Assembly (NCBI GenBank): GCA_910585755.1
Contig: CAJUFH010000007.1
Coordinates: forward strand, 4,862 to 68,861
Source: an uncultured Muribaculaceae bacterium
GTDB lineage: Bacteria; Bacteroidota; Bacteroidia; Bacteroidales; Muribaculaceae
DNA: 64,000 nucleotides
Reading direction: 5' to 3'
Position numbers and translations under genes: made by a program. The notes under the pieces were generated by a model, which was not told the DNA's origin, made no database searches, and was given only the letters and a program-made list of their open reading frames with translations. Positions 49,362 to 57,700 of the stretch are shown piece after piece; position 1 is the stretch's first letter, and each line of letters opens with the position of its first letter.

Positions 49362-50018
49362 ATGAAGAAGAAACTGGTTATATTCGACCTGGACGGCACG
49401 CTGCTGAACACAATCGCCGACCTTGGGAACGCCACCAACCACGCGCTGGAACAGTGCGGCTTCCCGACGCATCCTGTTCCCGCCTACACAAAATTCGTGG
49501 GGAACGGCGTACGCAAACTGATGGAGCGCGTACTCCCGGAAAGCGCCCGCACCCCGGAGCAGGTCGAGGCCATGCTCGTCCACTTCCGCGAATACTACGA
49601 CGCACACCTTACCTGCGACACGCACCCTTACAACGGGATTCCCGAACTCCTCGAACAGCTCACGCAGCGGGGAATCGCGGTCGCGGTAGCGTCTAATAAA
49701 TACCAGGCGGCTGTCGAGCGGCTCATAAACCATTATTTCCCAGACATCGCCTGGGCGGCGGTAGAGGGGCAGAAAGAGGGGGTACCAGTGAAGCCGGATC
49801 CGTCGATTGTGTTCGAGATTCTGGGGAAATGCCCTACGCCTAAGGCCGAGGTGCTTTACGTCGGGGATTCGGGGGTAGACATGGAAACGGCCCGCCGCGC
49901 GTGTGTTGATTCCGCGGGGGTTACCTGGGGGTTCCGCCCCGTCGCCGAGCTGCGCGAATACCGCGCCGACAACATTATCGAAGTCCCCTCCGCGATTCTG
50001 AGGCTCTGCGCGATCTGA
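49362..50018 (+). CDS. HAD superfamily hydrolase (phosphoglycolate phosphatase-like)
   Basis: FDLDGTL, SNK, KPDP, YVGDSGVD. Confidence 0.92.
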   Translation: MKKKLVIFDLDGTLLNTIADLGNATNHALEQCGFPTHPVPAYTKFVGNGVRKLMERVLPESARTPEQVEAMLVHFREYYDAHLTCDTHPYNGIPELLEQLTQRGIAVAVASNKYQAAVERLINHYFPDIAWAAVEGQKEGVPVKPDPSIVFEILGKCPTPKAEVLYVGDSGVDMETARRACVDSAGVTWGFRPVAELREYRADNIIEVPSAILRLCAI

Positions 50019-50184
50019 TTGCGGCCCGGGGCTTTCCCTTCGCTCGGCTCACGCCTCGCGCACCAAGCGGCAGCTTCGGGGCCCCGGCCCCTCACACCGG
50101 GAGCAGAACCCATCCGGCAGGAGGAAAGATCGTATTCCCTAAACCCTAAACAGCCCGGCTCCAGCCGGGCCTAAACCCTGAACC

Positions 50185-51987
50185 TTACTTGTACATCGCC
50201 TCGATTTCGGCGGCGTAGCGGCGGTTGATTACGGGGCGGCGGATTTTGAGGGTGTTTGTCAGCTCGCCGGCCTCCATCGTGAACTCGCGGGGAAGAAGGG
50301 TGAACTTCTTGATTTTCTCGAAGCTTGCGAGCCCTTCCTGGAGCTTTTCGATGCGGCGCTGGATCATCTCGCGTACGCGGGAGTTTTTGACAAGCTCCTC
50401 GATATTGCCGTACTTGATTTTCTTTTCGCGGGCATACTCCTTGACAGCCTCGATGGCGGGAACTATAATGGCGGTCACATACTTGCGCTGGTCGCCGATT
50501 ACCGCTACCTGCTCGATAAAGGGGTCTTCGCCCAGGCGGCTCTCGAGAGCCTGGGGGGCAATATACTTGCCGTTGGAGGTCTTGAAGAGGTCTTTGAGGC
50601 GGTCGGTCAGCACAATCGCGCCCCTCTCATCGAGATAGCCGGCGTCGCCGGTGCGGAAGAATCCGTCGGGGGTGAAGGCCGCGGCGGTCTCCGCGGGCTT
50701 GTTGTAATAGCCGCGCATGACGTTGGGGCCCTTGACCAGGATTTCGTTCTCCTCCCCGATTTTCACCTCCAGGCCGGGAAGGGGCCTGCCTATTGTCCCT
50801 ACCTCGTAACCCACATAGGGGAAGAAACTTACCGTAGCCGTGGTTTCCGACAGGCCGTAGCCGATCACGATAGGCACCCCCATCGAGCGGAAGAACTCCA
50901 CGATGGTGGCGCTCAGGGGGGCTCCGGCGGTGGGGAATATGTTGCCGTGCTCGATACCCATTATGCGCTGCACCTTGCGGAAAACGCGGCTGTAATAGAA
51001 CTGATACCCCTTTTCGAGGAAGAACGGCGCTTTGAGCCCCTGCCGGGCGTAATGGAGGTTGCGCTTGCGCCCCACGCGGAGGGCGCGGGCACAGAGCCAA
51101 CGGTTGAAAAGCGACATGCGCGTCATCTTGTCCTGGATTGTAGCGTAAGCCTTCTCCCAGAAACGGGGAACGGAGCACATGCAGGTCGGACGCACCTCCT
51201 TGAGAGTGTCCTGTATCACGTGCGGGTCGCGGTTGACGTAGACGCGCATCCCGATATAGAGGCAGAGATAGGTCCACGCCTTCTCGAAAATATGGCTCAG
51301 GGGGAGGAAGGAGAGGGAGGTGTCGCTGTCGCTCAGCGAGGTAAGCGCCTCGACGTGGATGTCGAGGGCGGCGGAGAAATTCGAGTGCGTCAGAATCGCA
51401 CCCTTCGGCTCGCCGGTAGTGCCGGAAGTATATAACAGGGTCGCCGTGTCGTCGGGACCGGCGGCGGCGCGGCGGCGCTCCACCTCCGTGCGGCACTCTC
51501 CGGAAGCCTCATCTCCAAGGGCGAGAAAATCGCTGAATTTAAGCGTTGTATCGTCTGTGCGCTCAAGCTGTATGTCATCGTAGACGACAATCCGCTCCAA
51601 CGTTTCAACCGAGGCCGCCACCCTCCGCGCGATCAGGTACTGCTCGGCGGTTCCGACGAAAAGCACTTTGGCACCGGAGTCGCGGACGATATATTCCACT
51701 TGCTCGGGAGAGGATGTCGCGTAGATCGAGACAGGGATGGCGCGGTTGGCGAACGCGCCGAAATCGGTGATCAGAATCTTCACGTCGTTGGGCGAGAAGA
51801 CCGCCACGGTCTCCTGCTCGCCGACACCCAGCGCGGCAAGCGCGCATGCGGCGTTTTCCACCTGGGATTCAAACGATTGCCACGAAGTCGGAATCCACCG
51901 GCCACCATCCTCGCGATGGTAAAGCGCCGCACGGTCGCCGTATTTCGCGGCCTGTTTTCCGACAAGTCCAGTTAAAACGTTAGCCAT
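50185..51987 (-). CDS. Long-chain fatty acid-CoA ligase
   Basis: YTSGTTGEPKG, GYGLSET, FRTGDAG, DRLKDLFKTSNGKYIAP, LTNTLK. Confidence 0.95.
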   Translation of the reverse strand: MANVLTGLVGKQAAKYGDRAALYHREDGGRWIPTSWQSFESQVENAACALAALGVGEQETVAVFSPNDVKILITDFGAFANRAIPVSIYATSSPEQVEYIVRDSGAKVLFVGTAEQYLIARRVAASVETLERIVVYDDIQLERTDDTTLKFSDFLALGDEASGECRTEVERRRAAAGPDDTATLLYTSGTTGEPKGAILTHSNFSAALDIHVEALTSLSDSDTSLSFLPLSHIFEKAWTYLCLYIGMRVYVNRDPHVIQDTLKEVRPTCMCSVPRFWEKAYATIQDKMTRMSLFNRWLCARALRVGRKRNLHYARQGLKAPFFLEKGYQFYYSRVFRKVQRIMGIEHGNIFPTAGAPLSATIVEFFRSMGVPIVIGYGLSETTATVSFFPYVGYEVGTIGRPLPGLEVKIGEENEILVKGPNVMRGYYNKPAETAAAFTPDGFFRTGDAGYLDERGAIVLTDRLKDLFKTSNGKYIAPQALESRLGEDPFIEQVAVIGDQRKYVTAIIVPAIEAVKEYAREKKIKYGNIEELVKNSRVREMIQRRIEKLQEGLASFEKIKKFTLLPREFTMEAGELTNTLKIRRPVINRRYAAEIEAMYK

Positions 51988-52231
51988 ATTTAGAGTTCGT
52001 CTATGAGCTGTTGAGTGCCGCGAAGTTACCCCATTTTCAGCACTCTGCGCCCAAAACCCACCCGAATTAACCTCTCTTCACACTTTCGCCCCCCGCAGAT
52101 TCTGATATAGGGAACTTGCCAAAAATGATTTCTGTAAAGATCATTTTAACAAAGTGATTTTTACAAACATCACTCTCGGAAAAGAAAATCAGTGTTTATC
52201 GTTTCCCGGGGAGCAGACCACGGCTGGGAAG

Positions 52232-53101
52232 TTACTCGGCAATCCATTCACGGTTAAACCATTGGCGACGGCGCATCCAGTCATCAACCGCCTTTTCAGA
52301 ATGTTTCCTTAACAACTTAAAATCAAGGTCAAGAGGGTAAATACGGCCTATATTGAAAGAGGCGGACACGTCATACATCCCGTGCCAGCCATTTGTCGGA
52401 AACTCTTTCGAGCCTCCGTTCACCATATGCTGAAATTTCGGATTACGAAGATATTCGCCATCGAGCACGAAAACAACACTCCAGAAATAGCTGTCCATCG
52501 CGTGGATGGACGGTTCCCGGTCACGGGTTACCCTGTCTCGTATACTTGTCTTACATTGCACGCAACCAAAGCAATACGTTTTATCACCGACAGTCGTAAT
52601 AGCGAACAAATCAAATATATTGCCCTTAATTTGTTCTTTCAGCCAGCTAATATCCCTTGGTTCGTTGGCAATTTCCCCCGCTTTTATCAACGTGTTCAAG
52701 TCGCGCTGAAGGATGAAACGAACCGGGAGGTCCCCCATAGCCATTGTGGCAAGTTCTTTAATCATCTCCTCAAAAGCGTGGCCACTCGATTTTTTCCAAC
52801 TCTGGTCAGCGCTCACAACATCCTGAATCACCCTCAAATCCGCGACACCCGATTTCCTAAACACATGCGCCTCGTAGATGGAGTGCCATAAAACAGATAT
52901 ATGGTTAGGGAATTTTCTCATTCCCTCAATAATGGTCTGCTTTATAGCAAACTTCTGAGATGATGTCTCTATATCATCCCGCTGCCGATCTTTTACGGCT
53001 GTTTTAGCTTTTTCAGAAAGTTCAGAAAACGATCGGTCATACTCGGCCTGGTAACAATCCAAGTAGGTTCTAACACAAAACTCCTTAATTTCGTTTTCCA
53101 T
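52232..53101 (-). CDS. Putative type II restriction endonuclease (PD-(D/E)xK fold, CCGG-family/BsaWI-like)
   Basis: 2 nt downstream of an m5C MTase, AT-rich; QSWKKSSGHAFE..FD..QCKTSIRDR motifs. Confidence 0.7.
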   Translation of the reverse strand: MENEIKEFCVRTYLDCYQAEYDRSFSELSEKAKTAVKDRQRDDIETSSQKFAIKQTIIEGMRKFPNHISVLWHSIYEAHVFRKSGVADLRVIQDVVSADQSWKKSSGHAFEEMIKELATMAMGDLPVRFILQRDLNTLIKAGEIANEPRDISWLKEQIKGNIFDLFAITTVGDKTYCFGCVQCKTSIRDRVTRDREPSIHAMDSYFWSVVFVLDGEYLRNPKFQHMVNGGSKEFPTNGWHGMYDVSASFNIGRIYPLDLDFKLLRKHSEKAVDDWMRRRQWFNREWIAE

Positions 53102-53103
53102 GC

Positions 53104-54288
53104 TTATTGAATTGATTGGAGAATATTGATTACCTGTTTACCCCACGCATACGCCAAAAGGGGAGGCACAGCGTCGCCAATCTGCTCATACTTATCTTGA
53201 ACAGAACGGTCAATATGCGGCACCAGGAACGGTCCGTGGAATACGTATGAGTCGGGAAAAGACTGTAGACGCGCACATTCGCGAACGGTCAGCGCCCGAT
53301 TGGCTGTCGGATGCACGAACTCGTCGAGACAATGACTCGTCACGGTAGAAGAGGGCTCATCAAGTTTCAAACGCACATTCCGTTTTATGAACATTTTTTT
53401 CGGAAGAATCCTTGACCTTTGCAGATTCTCAATCTCTTCGGGAGAAAAACGCTCAAACAAATCTTTCAATCCCTCTCCCGGCTTTAACAACGAGAACCTG
53501 AGGATAGTATGGCCTCGGTGCTTCATCGGAGTTTGTAGCAGCAACTCAGTCTGAGAGCCTCCTTTCCTCTTCCAAAACTCGTTATCCTTCAACAAAGCGG
53601 AATACTCGCTTTCCTCATTCACATATTCGGTAGGAGAAATCGCAGTATTAGGCGTAACGTTAGGAAGCCCCATAAAGGCATCACGCACAGTAGTCACTCT
53701 CTTGGCGGTAGGCTTTGGCGGGGACAATACCACATCTTTTAAGCGCGACGCAAGGATAAAGTAACGGTTACGTTTCTGCGGCACACCAAATTGCGTCGCG
53801 TCAAGGACAATTTCTATAAAATTACCATATCCGGCTTCCTTCAACTCTTTCTTCAAGACATCGACAATTAACGTGTCAGAGTCTTTTTGTGTCTTCTTTG
53901 AGGTTATCCCCGGCACATTTTCAAACAACAGCAGCTTCGCATTACAAATTTTTGCGATTCTAATCCCCTCGCGAAACAAAAACTGGCGGTCGTCATAGAA
54001 TGAGCGCGATGTGTTACCTGCTGTCGAGAATGTCTCACAAGGCATTCCGGAAGTCACCAAATCCACTCCCTCCGCAGGAACAAACGGTAAGATCTGTTCC
54101 GCCTCCACATTTCGGATGTCGGAATGAATGACATGGACTTCAGGATGATTCGCACTATATGTGTCGCAACATGTCTTGATGTATTCTATTGCTACCAGTG
54201 TACGGAATCCAGACGCTGTAAGACCCGTACAAATCCCACCGGGACCTGCGAAGCAATCAATGTGCGTAAATTTTCGATTATCAGACAT
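53104..54288 (-). CDS. DNA (cytosine-5)-methyltransferase
   Basis: Motifs I DCFAGPGG, IV GMPCETFS, VI FENVPG, VIII QKRNR, IX/X RECARLQSFPD and QIGDAVPP. Confidence 0.95.
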   Translation of the reverse strand: MSDNRKFTHIDCFAGPGGICTGLTASGFRTLVAIEYIKTCCDTYSANHPEVHVIHSDIRNVEAEQILPFVPAEGVDLVTSGMPCETFSTAGNTSRSFYDDRQFLFREGIRIAKICNAKLLLFENVPGITSKKTQKDSDTLIVDVLKKELKEAGYGNFIEIVLDATQFGVPQKRNRYFILASRLKDVVLSPPKPTAKRVTTVRDAFMGLPNVTPNTAISPTEYVNEESEYSALLKDNEFWKRKGGSQTELLLQTPMKHRGHTILRFSLLKPGEGLKDLFERFSPEEIENLQRSRILPKKMFIKRNVRLKLDEPSSTVTSHCLDEFVHPTANRALTVRECARLQSFPDSYVFHGPFLVPHIDRSVQDKYEQIGDAVPPLLAYAWGKQVINILQSIQ

Positions 54289-54325
54289 TAAGCAACTATT
54301 TTTTAACGTGGAAGGGAGGGGGGAA

Positions 54326-55759
54326 TCAGCGGGCGAGCTTGAGGAGGTGGACGGCGGTGGGGCCGAGGTGGATGCGGACGATGTAGGCGGGGGAGGAGAA
54401 GGGGGCGGCGTCGAGAGTGAAGTCGAGGGAGGAGACCGCGGGGATGAAGGCGAGGCGCAGACCGGAGAGGTCGTAAAGCTCTACGGCGGTAATTTCGAAG
54501 GTGGAGGTCAGGCGCAGCAGGGTGCCTTCGAAGCGGGCTGTCACTTCGGCGGTTTCGGGAGTGGGGGGGGCGTCGATGCCTGTCTCGCCACTGGTTTTGG
54601 CCTCGATTTTGAACTCCTTCCACTGGGGAGCGGCCTTAAAGGTGTCGAGCATATCGGGGGCGACGTAGAGGGTGGTGTTTGGCTTGTCGAGGTTGCCGAA
54701 GATGTCGTCGCCGATTTCGGGGAGGTCGGAGAGGTCGGTCGCGTCAATAGAGCGTACCCCAGTCCAGTTAGCGAATGCGGAGTCGCCGACCTTGCGAAGC
54801 TCGGCGGGGAGGTAGACCGACTCGCCGACGGAGGTATAGGCCAAGGCGTATTCGCCAATTTCCCCTATGGAGGAGGCTTCAGCCGCGCCGAGGCCGCTGA
54901 CAGCCTTCACGCCGGTAAAGGTGTGGGGCGCTACCTCGGAGAGGGTACCGGGGAGGCCCGCGGCTCCCACTTCGGCGTTGGCGTCGCGGAAGAAAGCGCC
55001 CTGGCCGATCGCGCGGGGAAGGTTGCCCGAGAATGTGACGACTCCGAGTTCGGCGCATCCGAGGAAGGCCCAGGGAGCTATGGAGTCGATGTCGTTAAGG
55101 GTCACGGAAGTAAGGCCGCTGTTGGCAAACGCTTTCTCGCCGATAACGCGTACGGAAGCCGGAATCGCCAGGGAGCGGAGGGAGGAGCAGCCGCAGAAAG
55201 TCGCGGCCGGAATCTCGGCGAGGGGTGCGGCGAGCGTCGCGGAGGCGAGCGAAGAGCAACCCCGGAAGGTCCCTGTCCCAAGGCGGCTTACGGTCGAGGG
55301 GAGGGTCACAGAGGCGAGGCGGAGCGCGTCGGCGAAGGCGGAGTTGCCGATGGAGGCGACTCCGGCTGGAACGGCCACGGATTCGAGCGAGGTAGCCGCG
55401 AAGGCCCCCTCCCCTATCGAGGCGGTATTGGAGGGGAACGCGAAGCTCGACAGTTTCATCCCGAGGAACGCCGCGGGAGGTATGGCTCCAGCCGGGGAAT
55501 AAGCTACGGAGTTAAGCAACGGCTCGCCGTCGTACTCGTCGATAGTGGCCCCGGAGAGGTCGAGGGAGGTCAGCGCCCCCATCTCGGAATGGATGAACAT
55601 AAGGTCGGCGGCGTTAACCGAGCCGCTGACTTTCAGCGAGGGGGCGTCGGTAGCGGAGCCGACAGCCTCGGCGAGCTTTCCGGCGGTCGAGTTAACGTCA
55701 AGAGCGACAGCCGATAAAGCGGCCGCGGCGGATATCGAGAACGCGATGATATGCTTCAT
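54326..55759 (-). CDS. BspA-type leucine-rich-repeat surface protein with T9SS-type tail
   Basis: Repeated 'L.SV.LP...IG..AF..C'; tail TGID..ELYDLSG..YIVRI..LLKLAR; start MKHIIAF. Confidence 0.88.
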   Translation of the reverse strand: MKHIIAFSISAAAALSAVALDVNSTAGKLAEAVGSATDAPSLKVSGSVNAADLMFIHSEMGALTSLDLSGATIDEYDGEPLLNSVAYSPAGAIPPAAFLGMKLSSFAFPSNTASIGEGAFAATSLESVAVPAGVASIGNSAFADALRLASVTLPSTVSRLGTGTFRGCSSLASATLAAPLAEIPAATFCGCSSLRSLAIPASVRVIGEKAFANSGLTSVTLNDIDSIAPWAFLGCAELGVVTFSGNLPRAIGQGAFFRDANAEVGAAGLPGTLSEVAPHTFTGVKAVSGLGAAEASSIGEIGEYALAYTSVGESVYLPAELRKVGDSAFANWTGVRSIDATDLSDLPEIGDDIFGNLDKPNTTLYVAPDMLDTFKAAPQWKEFKIEAKTSGETGIDAPPTPETAEVTARFEGTLLRLTSTFEITAVELYDLSGLRLAFIPAVSSLDFTLDAAPFSSPAYIVRIHLGPTAVHLLKLAR

Positions 55760-55892
55760 TGGGGTAATGTACACAATAATACATTAATATAACTGAAATA
55801 AGCCCGGTTTATTGCCCCGCGGGGGCGCTGAAATTCAACCGCGCAATATCAGGGCGGTAAATCCGTTATTTAGAAGAAATTTCAACTCACAG

Positions 55893-57359
55893 ATGGCAAA
55901 ATCTCTTTCCCGGGGGCGGTTCGCACCCCTCGCATACAAGATATTATTTTGGGTCGCCGCTACCTTCGGGCTGGCGGGGACGCTGAGCTCGTGCATCGAG
56001 GACGGATTCACCTCCTCCCCGTCGGACCAGCCGACCTTCTCGACCGACAAACTCCGCATGGCCGACCTTTTCACTCTCGAGGCATCCCCGACAAACCGCT
56101 TCATCGTCTACAACCGCCACGACAAGGGGCTTAACATCAGCTCCGTAAGGTTCACGGATGACCCGGAGGGGCGTTTCAGAATGAACGTCGACGGGATGGC
56201 CGGGCGCGAGTTTTCCAACGTCGAAATCCGCGCAAAAGACTCTATTTTCGTGTTCGTGGAGGCCACGCTGCCGGAGAACGGCAACGGGGAGCCGGTCGAC
56301 ATACTGGCCCATATCGAATTCATTACCAACGGCGTGGCCTCGGAAATGCCGGTGAAGGTCACCGGGCAGGACGCGGTCCGCCTCCACGGAGGCACAATAT
56401 ACGACACTGACGCGGTCCTGACCGCCGAGAAGCCGTACCTGGTGCGCGACAGCATCGTTGTGGCGCAGGGAGCCACCCTCGCGATCGAGGCCGGGGCACG
56501 GCTGTACTTCCACGACGGGGCCTCGCTCAGAGTCGACGGCACCCTCGACGTCCGCGGAACGGCGGAAAAACCGGTGCAGATGACCGGCGACCGCCGGGGC
56601 TTCGTCGCGGCACAGATTCCGTACGAAATCATGTCGGGACAATGGGACGGCATCATCTTCCGTCCGACCTCAACCGCCAACCGCCTGGTACACGCTTCGA
56701 TCCGCAATACGAAATACGGCATCGCGGCCGACAACGCCCAATCCGTCGGCTCCGAGCCGGGGCTTTACATGCAGAACTGCGTCGTACGCAACTCGCAGGG
56801 ATACGTCCTCGAAACCCTCTTCACCGACGTTACGGCCATCGGCTGCGAGCTGGCGGAGGCCTCCTCGGGCATAATGTCGCTCACCGGGGGTAACCACCGC
56901 TTCAACCAGTGCACGATAGCCAACTATTATCTGTTTACCGCCTTGGGGGGCCCGGCCGTGCAGCTCGCGCAGACGGGATTCGCCGACGAGGAGCCGGCAG
57001 ACCCGGAGCGGCCTATGATGACCGCCGAGTTCGCCAACTGCATCCTCTACGGCAACGGCACGGAGCTGTCGCACCCCGACCTTACCGGGACCGCCATCAC
57101 TTTCCGGCGCTGCCTGCTGAAATCCGCCGGAACTGACGACGACAACTTCATCGACTGCCTCTGGGACACCGACCCGATGTACTACACCGAGCGCTCGGAA
57201 TACATCTTCGACTACCGTCTGCGCCCCGACTCTCCCGCGGCCGGAGCCGCCTCCATCGACCTTATGGACCCAGCGGCCGAGACCGACATCTACGGCACCC
57301 CGCGCCTCCCCGCCCCCGACCTGGGAGCCTACCAGACCGCTCCCACAGAGGGCGAATAA
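55893..57359 (+). CDS. Conserved lipoprotein with Ig-like N-terminus and beta-helix repeats
   Basis: Lipobox LSSC, GQWDGI.F, DYRL.PDSPA..PDLGAY. Confidence 0.8.
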   Translation: MAKSLSRGRFAPLAYKILFWVAATFGLAGTLSSCIEDGFTSSPSDQPTFSTDKLRMADLFTLEASPTNRFIVYNRHDKGLNISSVRFTDDPEGRFRMNVDGMAGREFSNVEIRAKDSIFVFVEATLPENGNGEPVDILAHIEFITNGVASEMPVKVTGQDAVRLHGGTIYDTDAVLTAEKPYLVRDSIVVAQGATLAIEAGARLYFHDGASLRVDGTLDVRGTAEKPVQMTGDRRGFVAAQIPYEIMSGQWDGIIFRPTSTANRLVHASIRNTKYGIAADNAQSVGSEPGLYMQNCVVRNSQGYVLETLFTDVTAIGCELAEASSGIMSLTGGNHRFNQCTIANYYLFTALGGPAVQLAQTGFADEEPADPERPMMTAEFANCILYGNGTELSHPDLTGTAITFRRCLLKSAGTDDDNFIDCLWDTDPMYYTERSEYIFDYRLRPDSPAAGAASIDLMDPAAETDIYGTPRLPAPDLGAYQTAPTEGE

Positions 57360-57389
57360 CATAGCATAGGGGAAAAGCAACCATCCGTT

Positions 57390-57629
57390 AGCGGCGGAGC
57401 CGCGGTGTAATTATAGCACCTGGTCGAGCGACCAAAGGGAGCGAAGGCCTGGTGTTATATCGGGCCGATGAAATGGGCCTCGAAGAGGTCCGGTAATTTT
57501 CATCCAGTTGCCCGATTTCGATATTAGCGGACCTCTTCGAGGCCCACATCCACGCCTACGACAAAACACCGCACCTTCGCGGCTCCGCCGCTCGATACGG
57601 TGCTATAATTACACCGCGGCTTCGCCGCT
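57390..57629. repeat. 240-bp nested palindromic element (MITE/REP-derived)
   Basis: Outer arms 57390-57420 / 57599-57629 (31 bp, near perfect); inner arms 57473-57497 / 57523-57549. Confidence 0.8.
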
Positions 57630-57638
57630 CCGAATATG

Positions 57639-57675
57639 CAGCGCGCCGCGTCAGAGGGACTGACGCGGCGCGCTG
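57639..57675. terminator. Strong hairpin between convergent genes
   Basis: CAGCGCGCCGCGTCAG-AGGGA-CTGACGCGGCGCGCTG, a perfect 16-bp stem. Confidence 0.6.
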
Positions 57676-57700
57676 TTGTATGGGATTATGAGACACCCTG

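Noticed and set aside
50137..50184. Plant telomere-like CCCTAAA repeats as contamination
   Set aside because: Only a few copies, interrupted by a hairpin and continuous with bacterial genes; fits the local heptamer-element class.
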